A DNA stretch of 64,000 bases from Oscillospiraceae bacterium (lineage in GTDB: Bacteria; Bacillota; Clostridia; UBA1212), in the NCBI GenBank assembly GCA_015069195.1, contig SVJA01000004.1, positions 76,989-140,988 of the forward strand. The letters run 5' to 3'. Position numbers and translations under genes: made by a program. The notes under the pieces were generated by a model. That model saw only the letters and a program-made list of their open reading frames with translations. It had not been told where the DNA came from and made no database searches. Shown here piece after piece: positions 28,831-39,700 of this stretch (the stretch's first letter is position 1; each line of letters opens with the position of its first letter).

Positions 28831-31101
28831 ATGGCAAGAAACAATCGTATAGAATTTAATGATTTTGACGGTGATAACAAATCTAAAGAAATTTTCGCGG
28901 ATGATGCATTCAGGGATGATGATATCGATGCCGACGTTATGGATGTAGCAGATGCAGAGCAGGATGAGCAGGTGTCTGATTACAAGCATATGAGGGCAAA
29001 AAAGAGCCTTTTTGATGATTCTGATAATCCGGACGATATCAGAGCTGTTCTCGGCACTGCGGGTATTTACGGCTCGGAAGAGGCTTCTGAGTTTGAGGAT
29101 GTTACAAAGTTTGATGATTCGGACGATATCGAAGAGAATGTCGAAAAAGTGTTGTCGAACGATGTTGTAGAGACAGACTTTGATGATATAGATATCGTAA
29201 AGAAAGTTCCTGTGGCAAAGAAGAAAGAGAAAAACGTAAAGCAGAACATTAAAGAAAAAGTTGCTGCCGATGAAATCGTGTCCGCTGATTTTGAGGATGA
29301 TGAGGATGATATGTTTAATCCTCGCAACCGAAGAGAGAAAAAGAAGATTCAGAAGCGTACAGCTATCGTTCTTTGTTCTGCCGGCGGTGTATTGCTTACG
29401 GTGTTTATCGTACTTTTAATTGTTGTTATGAGTATCGCCAACCAATCTACCGTATACAGCGGTGTACGCTTGTACGGAAAAGATCTCGGAGGAATGACAA
29501 AGGAAGAAGTTGCCGACTATATAAACGAAATGTACATTGAGCCTATTACCAATGCCGATGTTAAAGTTGTGCTTGAGGGCAAAGAGTATATTTATCCGAT
29601 GACTGATTTTATCGAGTGCCCCGATGCACAGGAAAAGGCAGAAGAGGCTCATTCCATAATGCGTCACGGCGGATTCTTTGAGCGTTTTATGAATATTTTA
29701 CGTTTAAAGAAAAACGGACAAGAGATATCGCTTATATATAATTTCGTTGATACAGGTCTTGATAAAGTTATGGATTCTGCAGAGTCCGAAAGTTTCAGCG
29801 ATCCGGTAGATCCGACATACATTGTAAAAAGCAATATTGTGTCGTTTACTCCCGGAAAGACCGGCACAAAGATTGATAAGAAAAAGTTCGAGACTGATTT
29901 GCTCGGTTCGCTCAGCGAATACGAAAAAGAAATGTCGAACCTCGGAAGCGGTGAGACTCTTAAAAATATAAGCATAAATGCAGTTGTTGCGACTGTCGGA
30001 TTCAAACAGCTTGACTCTGACAGGATTTACAACGAAACCTTGACTCCTGCAAAAGATGCATACTGCTATAAGATATCGGCTGGAAAAGTCGGTGTGCGAG
30101 AGGCAGTGTCGGGCAGAGGTCTTGACAAAGATAAACTTATAGCGGTTATTGCGAAGATAAATAACTGCGAAGCTACACTTGTAGCAGATGTTCCTTTTGT
30201 TACTGTTTGGGCCAACAAATCTGCCGCGGATGTCAGAGCTTCTCTTTACAAAAATGAGCTCTCTTCCGGATATGTAGAAAACACCATTGATGTGACAGAC
30301 GAGGATGGTATCGACGACCGTGAGGTTCGTGCAGAAAACCTTAAACGAATAGCGTCAAAGCTGAATGGGTATGAAATTATAGACGGTGATGCGCTTGACT
30401 TCGATTCTATAGTCGGTGCGATAAGCAGCAGTAACGGTTATGATTTTGCACGTGAAAATATAAACGGAAGCGGAAAAGTTATCGGCGGCGGTGTCTCAAT
30501 GGCTGCGACCGCGATTTATACGGCAGCTCTTAAATATTCAGGCTTTAATGTGCGTGAGGTTGCACATAGTGAGTTCTTGCCATACTATGGAGAACGTGGA
30601 TTTGATGCTTATATAAACCAGTCTAAAGGTTCAAATCTTATAATTGTAAACAATACGGGTAATGCAATAAGGATTTCTGCAGAATTTGACGGAACCGGTT
30701 TTTATGTAGGTATTTCCGGTACAAAATATGACAGGTACCAGAAGTACAGTCTGTCGGCAGAACTTCTTTCTGAAGAGGCAGATGACTCATTTATAAAGTA
30801 CACCTACAAAATAAAAATAGGTGACTCATCGATTCTTGAAGAAACCGTTGTATACAAAGAGGCATATGACGGCTCGATGTCTACTGAAGAGCCTACGGCG
30901 ACTCCTGACGGTACTTTAGATCCAAATGCTACTTTAGATCCGAATGCTACGGTGGATCCGAGTGCGACACCTAACGGAGATGCTACTCCGGAACCGACAC
31001 CCGGTGGTGATGCTACAGCAGAACCGTCACTTACTCCTTATCCTACAGAGATGCCCTCTGCTACAGAAGCTCCTGTGCCTACCGTGGCAAATGTAAATTA
31101 A
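28831..31101 (+). CDS. VanW-family membrane protein (acidic N-terminus, TM, putative PG-binding region, Pro/Thr tail)
   Basis: GV..GKDLGGMTKEE, GGGVSMAATAIY..AHS..GFDA VanW-like motifs. Confidence 0.75.
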   Translation: MARNNRIEFNDFDGDNKSKEIFADDAFRDDDIDADVMDVADAEQDEQVSDYKHMRAKKSLFDDSDNPDDIRAVLGTAGIYGSEEASEFEDVTKFDDSDDIEENVEKVLSNDVVETDFDDIDIVKKVPVAKKKEKNVKQNIKEKVAADEIVSADFEDDEDDMFNPRNRREKKKIQKRTAIVLCSAGGVLLTVFIVLLIVVMSIANQSTVYSGVRLYGKDLGGMTKEEVADYINEMYIEPITNADVKVVLEGKEYIYPMTDFIECPDAQEKAEEAHSIMRHGGFFERFMNILRLKKNGQEISLIYNFVDTGLDKVMDSAESESFSDPVDPTYIVKSNIVSFTPGKTGTKIDKKKFETDLLGSLSEYEKEMSNLGSGETLKNISINAVVATVGFKQLDSDRIYNETLTPAKDAYCYKISAGKVGVREAVSGRGLDKDKLIAVIAKINNCEATLVADVPFVTVWANKSAADVRASLYKNELSSGYVENTIDVTDEDGIDDREVRAENLKRIASKLNGYEIIDGDALDFDSIVGAISSSNGYDFARENINGSGKVIGGGVSMAATAIYTAALKYSGFNVREVAHSEFLPYYGERGFDAYINQSKGSNLIIVNNTGNAIRISAEFDGTGFYVGISGTKYDRYQKYSLSAELLSEEADDSFIKYTYKIKIGDSSILEETVVYKEAYDGSMSTEEPTATPDGTLDPNATLDPNATVDPSATPNGDATPEPTPGGDATAEPSLTPYPTEMPSATEAPVPTVANVN

Positions 31102-31119
31102 TAATTTTTATGTGAACGA

Positions 31120-31153
31120 TAACGCCCCCTCGGTATTTGCCGAGGGGGCGTTA
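31120..31153. terminator. bidirectional terminator
   Basis: TAACGCCCCCTCGG...CCGAGGGGGCGTTA between convergent genes. Confidence 0.8.
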
Positions 31154-31187
31154 ATCCTATATAACTGTAAAAAAATTTTTATCAGAA

Positions 31188-32267
31188 TCAGTTTCCTAAT
31201 TTCAAAACAGCTTCAATAAATTGGTCGATTGCGGTCTCGGGTTTGAATTTTCCGACAATCTCTCCCTTGATGAACATCAGAAACTCGTTTTCACCGCCTG
31301 CAAGGCCGATATCGGAGTGTTTCGCTTCGCCGGGTCCGTTTACTGCGCAACCCATTACGGAGACTGTAAGGGGCTTTTTGAAGGCTCCTCTGGCTTCTAA
31401 GTCGGAAAGCTTCTGCTCGATGATCTGAGCGGTGCCTATAAGATCAACTCTTGTTCTGCCGCAGGTAGGGCATGAAACGAATTGAATCATTTTTTTGCCG
31501 CCGAGTTCAAGTGAGTGAAGTATTTTTCTGCCTACGCGGACCTCTTCTGCCGGATCGCCTGTTAATGAAACCCTGATTGTGTCGCCGATACCCATTGATA
31601 AAATCGCACCTATGCCGACAGATGATTTTATTGTACCGTTTAATACGGTGCCGGATTCGGTAATTCCGATATGGAGAGGATAGTTTCTTTTTTCTGCCAT
31701 AAGTCTGTAAGCTTCAATTGTCGTAGGAACATTTGAAGATTTAAGTGAAACGGCGATGTCATTAAAGTCCATACTTTCAAGAATGTCAATATGCCCCATT
31801 GCACTTTCTACGATAGCTTCCGGTGTACATCCGCCGTGTTTTTCAAGAAGTCTTTTCTCGAGAGAACCGCCGTTTATACCGATTCTGATCGGAATGTTAT
31901 GCTCTTTGCACATTTTTGTAACGGCCTCTGTTCTCTGTATATCACCGATGTTGCCAGGATTTATACGGACTTTATCAATGCCGTTTTCTATACACATCAA
32001 AGCAAGTTTATAATTAAAATGAATATCTGCCACAAGCGGAATGTGTATTGATTTTTTTATGCCCTTTATAGCTTCAGCAGCTGCTTCGTCGGGAACTGCG
32101 ACTCTTATAATATCGCAACCTGCTTCTTCCAAGCGAAGAATCTGTTCAACGGTAGCTTTTACATCGCGTGTGTCTGTGTTTGTCATTGATTGTACGGCTA
32201 TAGGGCTTCCGCCGCCGATGTAAACTCCGCCGATATTTATTTTTCGTGTTTCATTTCTTGAAAACAT
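31188..32267 (-). CDS. ispG: HMBPP synthase
   Basis: VQSMTNT, ADIHF, RINPGNIG, CPTCGR, MGCAVNGPGE. Confidence 0.97.
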   Translation of the reverse strand: MFSRNETRKINIGGVYIGGGSPIAVQSMTNTDTRDVKATVEQILRLEEAGCDIIRVAVPDEAAAEAIKGIKKSIHIPLVADIHFNYKLALMCIENGIDKVRINPGNIGDIQRTEAVTKMCKEHNIPIRIGINGGSLEKRLLEKHGGCTPEAIVESAMGHIDILESMDFNDIAVSLKSSNVPTTIEAYRLMAEKRNYPLHIGITESGTVLNGTIKSSVGIGAILSMGIGDTIRVSLTGDPAEEVRVGRKILHSLELGGKKMIQFVSCPTCGRTRVDLIGTAQIIEQKLSDLEARGAFKKPLTVSVMGCAVNGPGEAKHSDIGLAGGENEFLMFIKGEIVGKFKPETAIDQFIEAVLKLGN

Positions 32268-32331
32268 ATATTACCTCCGCTGATAAAATAATAATCGTGC
32301 GGCGACAGCAAAGCTTTCGCCGCACAAAAAG

Positions 32332-33624
32332 TTAACTGATAATTTTAAAAACATCTGAAAACATTATGACTACTGCAAGTGCCATCAGAAGTACCAAACC
32401 TAACGTAGAAATAACGCTTTGTACTTTGGGTGAAACCTTCTTTCCGCCTCGAATAAGTTCAATAATTATAAATATAACATGGAAACCGTCAAGCCCGGGG
32501 AACGGAAGCATATTAAATACTCCGAGGTTAACGCTGATAAGTGCAGTCATATTCATAAGTGTAAGGAGTTTCATCCAGAAAGAAATTGATTTTTCACCTA
32601 CAACATCGTCTACTACTGTGGTAAGACCTACCGGTCCTGATACTGCTTCAAGACCTACTGTGCCGTCTATGAGCCAGAAGAGTGAAGTGTATATCGATTT
32701 TACCATCGAAACCAAATACTTACCGCTGTGACCGATTATACGGAATGGATTGTATGTTTTAACAAATGTGAAACTATCACCGCCGAGACGATTGTAATTT
32801 ACTCCTGTAAGATTTACTTCTTCTGTTGTGGTTTTTCCGTCGACTGTCACATTGAGTTCACAGCGTATTTGGGTGGATTCTGATGTAGGTTGCTCAAGCA
32901 GTTTGCTGAAAAGAAGATAAGTCTTTTTATCTGACTTTCCGTCATCGGTAACTACTGTGTACTGATAGCTTTCGGTTTTCTTGCTTTCATTTCCTTCGGC
33001 ATCCTTTTCGGTGGTGAAAAGAATTTGTTTGCGGATATCACAAAAAAGCTCACTACCGTCTTTTTTCTCGTAAAGAAGAGTATAGTGTGAATCCATAACA
33101 TCGGGATCATCATTTTTGTCCTGTATGGCAAATGAATAAATATCATAGTCGGTCGGTGTGAGAACTGTGTGATCATTTATTTCGCAAAGTTTGTCGCCTT
33201 TTTCAATGCCGACAACAGACATTACGGTGTGTTCCGGAACACTTGAAATTGTATTTGTCTGATATCCTGTGAAGAAAAGCATTATTATCGTGATAACGAA
33301 TGCTAAAACTATGTTAAGGAAAACACCGGCAACAAAAATTACAAGTCTTTTGTACCATTTCTGTGAATTAAGCGAGTCCGGAGCGTCTGCATTGCCCTGG
33401 TCGTCTTCGAAAGCACAGTATCCGCCTATCGGCAATGCTCTGATTGAATATTTAGTACCGCTTTTTTTACTTGTCTTAGACCAGATGCAAGGTCCCATAA
33501 ATATAGAAAACTCGGTTACTTTGACCTTAAATATTCTGGCTGCAATAAAGTGTCCCCATTCGTGAACAATAGTCAGAATACTGAGCATTATCAACATAAC
33601 CAATATACTGATAGCTACACTCAT
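32332..33624 (-). CDS. rseP: RIP (site-2) metalloprotease RseP/RasP
   Basis: HEWGH, PIGGY, NMLPFPGLDG. Confidence 0.92.
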   Translation of the reverse strand: MSVAISILVMLIMLSILTIVHEWGHFIAARIFKVKVTEFSIFMGPCIWSKTSKKSGTKYSIRALPIGGYCAFEDDQGNADAPDSLNSQKWYKRLVIFVAGVFLNIVLAFVITIIMLFFTGYQTNTISSVPEHTVMSVVGIEKGDKLCEINDHTVLTPTDYDIYSFAIQDKNDDPDVMDSHYTLLYEKKDGSELFCDIRKQILFTTEKDAEGNESKKTESYQYTVVTDDGKSDKKTYLLFSKLLEQPTSESTQIRCELNVTVDGKTTTEEVNLTGVNYNRLGGDSFTFVKTYNPFRIIGHSGKYLVSMVKSIYTSLFWLIDGTVGLEAVSGPVGLTTVVDDVVGEKSISFWMKLLTLMNMTALISVNLGVFNMLPFPGLDGFHVIFIIIELIRGGKKVSPKVQSVISTLGLVLLMALAVVIMFSDVFKIIS

Positions 33625-34784
33625 TTAATAAGTCCTCCTGCGTAATCATATGCCCACTTTCCGCAATCAATGATCTCTTCAAGAGACGGTTTTACAATTG
33701 TATTGTGCGCGTCCATCGTCTTTTCGATAATATACGGAATTTGTGTGAATTTAATACTTCCTTTAAAAAACATCTCTACGGCTTTTTCATTAGCCATATT
33801 CATAACGGCAGGAAGTGAGCCGCCGATATTTCCTGCTTCGTAAGCAAGCTTTAAGCAAGGGAATTTGTCTGTGTCAGGTGCTTCGAAAGTCATTTGAGCG
33901 ACTTTTGCAAAATCAAGTCTTTCTACATGAGAAGGATATCTTGTGTTATATGTCAAAGCGTGCTGTATCGGAAGTTTCATTGTAGGATTTCCGAGCTGTG
34001 CTATGACACTTCCGTCACGGTATCTGACCATAGAGTGAATGATACTCTGCGGATGCACTATAACCTCGATATCGTTATAGGGTATGTCAAAAAGCCAGCC
34101 GGCTTCGATAACTTCTAATCCTTTGTTCATCATAGAAGCGCAATCTATTGTGATTTTCCCGCCCATATTCCAGGTGGGGTGGTTGAGAGCATTTTCAACT
34201 GTAACATTTTCAAGTTGTTCTTTTGCATAAGTTCTGAACGGACCACCGGACGCTGTGAGAATGAGTTTGTCAACTCCCGAGTGTGATTCACCTTCAAGAC
34301 ATTGCAAAATCGCAGAGTGTTCACTGTCAACCGGTCTTATGGCAACTCCGCGTTTTTTAGCTTCTGCCATAACGATTTCGCCTGCCGCAACAAGAGTTTC
34401 TTTGTTCGCAAGGGCAATTTCCGTACCACACTTTATGGCTTCCATTGTAGGCGGAAGTCCCCTCATACCGACGATGGCTGTAACCAAAACATCAATATCG
34501 GCTTTTGCAAATTCACACAAGCCTTCTTCTCCGACCATAATATAGGGGTTCATATCGGAGAGAGACTCTTTTAAGTATTTGGCGCCTTCTTCGGTATCAA
34601 TACACAAAAACTTTACATTCAGGTCGCGTGCTTGTTGCGCGAGCAACTCAGCGTTAGAACCTGCCGAAAGAGCAGTGATTTCAAATTTCGGCGCGCCTTC
34701 ACAAGCATTTAATTCTTTAACAACTTCTATTGTCTGTCTGCCGATAGAACCGGTAGATCCTAAAATACCGACTTTCTTAATCAT
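33621..34784 (-). CDS. dxr: 1-deoxy-D-xylulose-5-phosphate reductoisomerase
   Basis: GSTGSIG, LANKE, PVDSEH, HPTWNMGGKIT. Confidence 0.97.
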   Translation of the reverse strand: MIKKVGILGSTGSIGRQTIEVVKELNACEGAPKFEITALSAGSNAELLAQQARDLNVKFLCIDTEEGAKYLKESLSDMNPYIMVGEEGLCEFAKADIDVLVTAIVGMRGLPPTMEAIKCGTEIALANKETLVAAGEIVMAEAKKRGVAIRPVDSEHSAILQCLEGESHSGVDKLILTASGGPFRTYAKEQLENVTVENALNHPTWNMGGKITIDCASMMNKGLEVIEAGWLFDIPYNDIEVIVHPQSIIHSMVRYRDGSVIAQLGNPTMKLPIQHALTYNTRYPSHVERLDFAKVAQMTFEAPDTDKFPCLKLAYEAGNIGGSLPAVMNMANEKAVEMFFKGSIKFTQIPYIIEKTMDAHNTIVKPSLEEIIDCGKWAYDYAGGLIK

Positions 34785-34822
34785 AACATACACTACCTTA
34801 CATCAAAAAGCTTAAAGTAATT

Positions 34823-35674
34823 TTAAAAAACAAAAATATTCAAATAATAATAAACAAACGGTATGACAATCAAATATCCGTCGCATCTGTCCAAAATACC
34901 GCCGTGACCCGGGATGAGATTACCGAAATCTTTTATACCGGAATATCTTTTTACGGCAGATGCAAAAAGATCGCCAACCTGTGTAAGTCCGCCTATAATA
35001 ATTCCCAAAATTGCGTAGTGATATAACGGAATTGCCGTGTAAAAACCTCCGAAATAAATTACGGCACCATATATCATAAGAATAACTGTAGACCCTGCAA
35101 AACCGCCTATACTGCCTGCAACAGTCTTTTTCGGACTGAGTGCAGGACAGAGTTTTTTCTTTCCGAAGAATTTTCCTGCAAAAAGAGCAAATGTATCTGA
35201 TGCGATGCATCCCAAAAGTGCCAAAAGTACGAGAAATACGCCTTTTGACATTTCTTCTAAGAATATGAAATAACTGAATCCTACTACAATATAAAAACCT
35301 CCGAACAGAGTGATTGCTGCATCAATAACATTAAATTTAGGATATTTGAGAACAATCGATATTGCAAGTCCGATAAAGATAAGTATCTGTAAAAATGTGA
35401 AAAAATCTACGGGACAAGAGCCGTCTGCGAATTTCACACTCATAGGTGCAACTTCAAACATTTTAGGTAAAAATGTTGCAATAGGGAACAGCAAATACAT
35501 CAATCCGAGTGATCTCATCGGGTTGTGGCCCTTTTCTTTGAATGATTTGTAGAATTCATATAAACCGATTGCCGAAAAAACCAAAATAGTTGATTTCAGC
35601 ACATAGCCGCCTGCTATGATAAGTACGAGCGCTAAAGCTCCGAAGATTATACCGGAAATAACTCTTGTTTTCAT
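34823..35674 (-). CDS. cdsA: phosphatidate cytidylyltransferase
   Basis: SPKKT, KDFGNLIPGHGGILDR. Confidence 0.95.
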   Translation of the reverse strand: MKTRVISGIIFGALALVLIIAGGYVLKSTILVFSAIGLYEFYKSFKEKGHNPMRSLGLMYLLFPIATFLPKMFEVAPMSVKFADGSCPVDFFTFLQILIFIGLAISIVLKYPKFNVIDAAITLFGGFYIVVGFSYFIFLEEMSKGVFLVLLALLGCIASDTFALFAGKFFGKKKLCPALSPKKTVAGSIGGFAGSTVILMIYGAVIYFGGFYTAIPLYHYAILGIIIGGLTQVGDLFASAVKRYSGIKDFGNLIPGHGGILDRCDGYLIVIPFVYYYLNIFVF

Positions 35675-35710
35675 AATTTAAGTACTCCTTAATGTTGAAA
35701 AGTTCCGAAA

Positions 35711-36475
35711 TTAAGAACCGCCGTATCTGCGTTGACGTTTGTTGTAGGCGATAATTGCTTTGTCGAGTTCGTTTGTGTCGAAGTCAGGCCAATTTACATC
35801 TGCAAAATAAAATTCCGTATAGGCAAGCTGCCAGAGTAAATAGTTACTTATTCTGAGCTCACCGCTTGTTCTTATAAGTAAATCCGGATCCGGTGTGCCT
35901 GCAGTATAGAGGTTTTCTCCTATTATTTCCTCGGTAATATCATCCGGTGAAAGCTTGCCGGATAAAACATCTTCGGCAATTTTTTTGACACTGTCTTTTA
36001 TCTCTGCACGACCGCCGTAATTTATGGCAATGTTTACCGTGATATCGATATTGTCCTTTGTTTCGTCTTCTATTTTGCTGATACCTGCATTTAATTCATC
36101 TGAAAGTCTGCTTCTGTCTCCGATAACTTTTATACGGATTTTGTTTTTGTCTTTACCGAGCTCTTCGTTTGAATTGTTCAAAAAGTTAAGAAGCATTCCC
36201 ATAAGGGTTTTTACTTCAGATTCGTCACGTTTCCAGTTTTCAGTGGAAAAAGCGTAAAAAGTAATATATTTTATACCGATGTCGCCGGAATATTTAACTA
36301 TTTTTTTGAACATATCTGCACCGGTCTTGTGGCCTACGGAAACAGGAAGATTTTTCGCTTTTGCCCATCGGCGGTTACCGTCAGGAATTATGGCGATATG
36401 CTCGGGGATTATAAGATTTTCAATTTTTTCTGAAGCAACTGCTTCCTTTTTCTTAAACAAATTTAATTTTGCCAT
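35711..36475 (-). CDS. uppS: undecaprenyl diphosphate synthase
   Basis: IIPDGNRRWA, FSTENWKR, IRTSGELRISN. Confidence 0.96.
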   Translation of the reverse strand: MAKLNLFKKKEAVASEKIENLIIPEHIAIIPDGNRRWAKAKNLPVSVGHKTGADMFKKIVKYSGDIGIKYITFYAFSTENWKRDESEVKTLMGMLLNFLNNSNEELGKDKNKIRIKVIGDRSRLSDELNAGISKIEDETKDNIDITVNIAINYGGRAEIKDSVKKIAEDVLSGKLSPDDITEEIIGENLYTAGTPDPDLLIRTSGELRISNYLLWQLAYTEFYFADVNWPDFDTNELDKAIIAYNKRQRRYGGS

Positions 36476-36506
36476 TATTTAACACCGTTTGTATTTATAT
36501 ATAAAA

Positions 36507-36532
36507 TCCCCCGCCGCCAATGCGGCGGGGGG
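36507..36532 (-). terminator. hairpin between frr and uppS
   Basis: CCCCCGCCGC-CAAT-GCGGCGGGGG with T-rich tail on - strand. Confidence 0.6.
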
Positions 36533-36600
36533 TAAAATCAACTTTTGCGAAGCAAAAGAGTCAGTTTGCAAAACATATTGAAATATCTGTCAAGGATTTT

Positions 36601-37161
36601 TCAGATATCCATAAGGTCTTTTTCTTTATCTGCGACAATTTTATCAACTTCTGCGATATGCTTATCGGTAATGTTCTGAATTTCTTTTTCAGCAACCTTC
36701 TGGTCATCTTCGGTGATTTCGGATTTCTTTTTCATATCCTTGAATGCATCAACTGCATCACGTCTGATGGCACGGATAGCAACCTTCGCATCTTCACCAT
36801 ATTTCTTTACTGACTTCGTGAGCTCGATACGACGCTCTTCTGTGAGAGGCGGGAATACGAGTTTCAACGTTTTGCCGTCATTGTTCGGGTTAATACCGAG
36901 TTCTGACTTTTGGATAGCCTTTTCTACTTCCTTGAGAACTGATGCATCCCAGGGGGTAAATACAAGCATACGTGCCTCGGGAACTGATACATTACCTACC
37001 TGTGTGATGGGGGTTTCGGTTCCGTAGTACTCGATAGTGATTTTGTTGAGAACAGAAGGATTTGCTCTGCCTGCTCTTATTTCTGCAAGGTTTTCTTTGA
37101 GAACAGAAATGGTTTTATCCATTTTGTCCGAATATACATTGTAATCGCTTTTGCTTATCAT
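36601..37161 (-). CDS. frr: ribosome recycling factor
   Basis: IRAGRANP, PPLTEERR, RAIRRDA. Confidence 0.96.
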   Translation of the reverse strand: MISKSDYNVYSDKMDKTISVLKENLAEIRAGRANPSVLNKITIEYYGTETPITQVGNVSVPEARMLVFTPWDASVLKEVEKAIQKSELGINPNNDGKTLKLVFPPLTEERRIELTKSVKKYGEDAKVAIRAIRRDAVDAFKDMKKKSEITEDDQKVAEKEIQNITDKHIAEVDKIVADKEKDLMDI

Positions 37162-37196
37162 AGCTTTCATCTCCTGAATATATTTTAAGTTATTAT

Positions 37197-37901
37197 TTAA
37201 GAAATAAGTGTACCGATAGCTTCTCCGCATACTGCTTTGAGAAGATTTTCGGGCTGGTCAATTCCGAACACATGAACTGCAATGTTATTATCCATGCAGA
37301 GTGAAGTGGCGGTTGTATCCATAACTCCGAGTCTCTGGTTGAGCACGTCAATGTAAGTGATTTTGTCATATTTTTTGGCTTCGGGATTTACTTTCGGATC
37401 ACTGTCATATACACCGTCAATGTTTTTGGCAAGAAGTATAACTTCTGCATTTATCTCGACTGCTCTGAGTGCTGCTGCGGTGTCTGTTGTGAAGAACGGA
37501 TTACCTGTGCCGCAACCGAAGATAACTATTCTGCCTTTTTCTAAGTGACGAGTAGCTTTGTTTCTGATATAAGGCTCTGCTATCTGTCGCATCTCTATAC
37601 CTGTCTGCACACGCACATCTACGCCGAGTTTTTCTAAAAAATCACAGAGTGCAAGGGCATTCATGGTGGTGGCGAGCATACCCATATGGTCTGAACGTGT
37701 TCTATCCATGTTCTGGTTTTTTGCGCCTCTCCAGAAGTTTCCGCCGCCTACTACGACTGCGACATCGACACCGAGGTCGTGAAGTTCTTTTATGTGTTTG
37801 CAAATGTTTGCTATAGTGTCATAATTAAGTCCTGTTTTGTTTCCGCCTGCGAGTGCTTCGCCGCTGATTTTTATCAAAACTCTCTTGTAAATCGGTTTCA
37901 T
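37197..37901 (-). CDS. pyrH: uridylate kinase
   Basis: [23 protein letters not shown]. Confidence 0.97.
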   Translation of the reverse strand: MKPIYKRVLIKISGEALAGGNKTGLNYDTIANICKHIKELHDLGVDVAVVVGGGNFWRGAKNQNMDRTRSDHMGMLATTMNALALCDFLEKLGVDVRVQTGIEMRQIAEPYIRNKATRHLEKGRIVIFGCGTGNPFFTTDTAAALRAVEINAEVILLAKNIDGVYDSDPKVNPEAKKYDKITYIDVLNQRLGVMDTTATSLCMDNNIAVHVFGIDQPENLLKAVCGEAIGTLIS

Positions 37902-38055
37902 AAAACAATTCACCTCTGCAAAATATTTATTTTATATATATTACCACATAAGCATATCAAATTACAAATAAAAAACCGTTTTTTTGAGTGGATTAAGGCA
38001 ATAAAAAATGCCGCTCGTGCGAGCGGCATTTCCGTAATTGATTTGTTTTAAGATA

Positions 38056-38706
38056 TTAGCCGTTAACCTGCTTCATAACTTCTTCTGCAAAGTTTTCTTC
38101 TTTCTTTGCAAGACCTTCGCCCATCTCGTATCTTACGAAACGACGGATAGTGATGTTCTCGCCCAATGTAGCGATTTTCTCTTTAACATAATCGCCGATT
38201 GTCTGGTCGGGGTTCTTTACGAAGCTCTGCTCCATGAGGCAGTAGTCATCGTAGTATTTTTCCATACGACCTGAAACGATTTTGTCAACGATTTTCTCGG
38301 GCTTACCTTCGTTAATAGCCTGCGCACGGAGAACTGCAGCTTCTTTCTCAAGATCTTCTGCCGGAACATCCTCTTTTCTAACGTAGAGCGGGTTAGAAGC
38401 AGCGATGTGCATAGCAATGTCTTTTACGAAAGCTGTGAATACTTCGTTCTTTGCAACAAAGTCTGTTTCGCAGTTAACTTCTACGAGAACACCGATTTTA
38501 CCACCCATGTGGATGTATGATGCAACAACACCTTCAGATGCGATTCTGCCTGATTTTTTAACAGCAGCAGCGAGTCCTTTTTCTCTCAAGTACTCAGCAG
38601 CCTTTTCCATATCGCCGTTTGTCTCTGTGAGAGCTTTCTTACAATCTGCGATACCTGCAGATGTTCTTTCTCTGAGCTCTTTTATCATTTTAGCGTCAAT
38701 AGCCAT
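38056..38706 (-). CDS. tsf: elongation factor Ts (short form)
   Basis: [18 protein letters not shown]; GGAGG RBS. Confidence 0.97.
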   Translation of the reverse strand: MAIDAKMIKELRERTSAGIADCKKALTETNGDMEKAAEYLREKGLAAAVKKSGRIASEGVVASYIHMGGKIGVLVEVNCETDFVAKNEVFTAFVKDIAMHIAASNPLYVRKEDVPAEDLEKEAAVLRAQAINEGKPEKIVDKIVSGRMEKYYDDYCLMEQSFVKNPDQTIGDYVKEKIATLGENITIRRFVRYEMGEGLAKKEENFAEEVMKQVNG

Positions 38707-38761
38707 TTGAAAAACCTCCTGTATATCAATAAAAATTTCTAAATTTGCAAAGGGTAGAGAA

Positions 38762-39502
38762 TTAAGCCTCTTCTGTCTCTGCAACTTCCTCAGCTACAGC
38801 TTCTTCAGCTACTTCTGTTGTGCCTTCGCGACCTTCAATGATAGCGTCAGCCATTCTGCCTGCGATGAGTTTAACCGCTCTGATAGCGTCGTCGTTACCG
38901 GGGATAACGTAATCAACATCATCAGGGTCACAGTTTGTATCAACGATACCTACAACCGGAATACCGAGTTTCTTAGCTTCTGAAACTGCATTCTTTTCAA
39001 CTTTGGGGTCTACTACGAAGAGTACAGAGGGAAGTCCCTGGATATCTTTTATACCACCGAGGTTCTTTTCGAGCTTATCTCTCTCAGCTTTGAGTTTGAT
39101 AACTTCTTTCTTGGGGAGACGATCAAAAGTTCCGTCAGCTTCCATAGCGTTGAGCTTGTTGAGCTTAGCAACTCTTGTCTTGATTGTCTTAAAGTTTGTG
39201 AGCATACCGCCGAGCCATCTGTTTGTAACATAGTACATACCGCATCTCTCTGCCTCTTCAAGGATAGAGTCTTTAGCCTGTTTCTTTGTACCTACAAAAA
39301 GAACTGTACCGCCCTGTTTTGCGATATCCTGGATGAAGTAATAAGCCTCATCGATTTTCTTTACTGTCTTCTGGAGATCTATGATATAGATTCCGTTTCT
39401 CTCTGTGAAGATGTACTCAGCCATTTTAGGGTTCCATCTTCTGGTCTGGTGTCCGAAATGTACACCTGCTTCAAGCAACTGCTTCATTGAAATTACAGCC
39501 AT
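38762..39502 (-). CDS. rpsB: 30S ribosomal protein S2
   Basis: [28 protein letters not shown]. Confidence 0.98.
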   Translation of the reverse strand: MAVISMKQLLEAGVHFGHQTRRWNPKMAEYIFTERNGIYIIDLQKTVKKIDEAYYFIQDIAKQGGTVLFVGTKKQAKDSILEEAERCGMYYVTNRWLGGMLTNFKTIKTRVAKLNKLNAMEADGTFDRLPKKEVIKLKAERDKLEKNLGGIKDIQGLPSVLFVVDPKVEKNAVSEAKKLGIPVVGIVDTNCDPDDVDYVIPGNDDAIRAVKLIAGRMADAIIEGREGTTEVAEEAVAEEVAETEEA

Positions 39503-39602
39503 TTTAATTTCCTCCTTTAGTTTTTTCCTCCGGTAACCATCAACCGCATCCGAGAACCTTTCAGGTCACACCTCGAAAACGTCCGGAAACCGTGCGTATT
39601 TC
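39503..39602 (-). promoter_or_regulatory. rpsB 5' leader (probable S2 autoregulatory RNA)
   Basis: structured ~100-nt UTR (ACGCACGG..CCGGAGGA..AAGGAGG) downstream of a TG-TATACT promoter. Confidence 0.55.
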
Positions 39603-39641
39603 AATAGCTGAAAGAGTATACCACAGAAGATTGCTTTAAAT

Positions 39642-39673
39642 CAACATCTTTTTGCAGCTTTTTGCATATATTT
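39642..39673 (+). promoter_or_regulatory. putative sigmaE promoter of yabPQ
   Basis: AACAT-N17-CATATATT. Confidence 0.6.
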
Positions 39674-39700
39674 ATCAAAAAAAGAAAAAGGTCGGTTTGA

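Noticed and set aside
38056-38706. Truncated EF-Ts
   Set aside because: The short ~215-aa form is a known normal variant in many Clostridia
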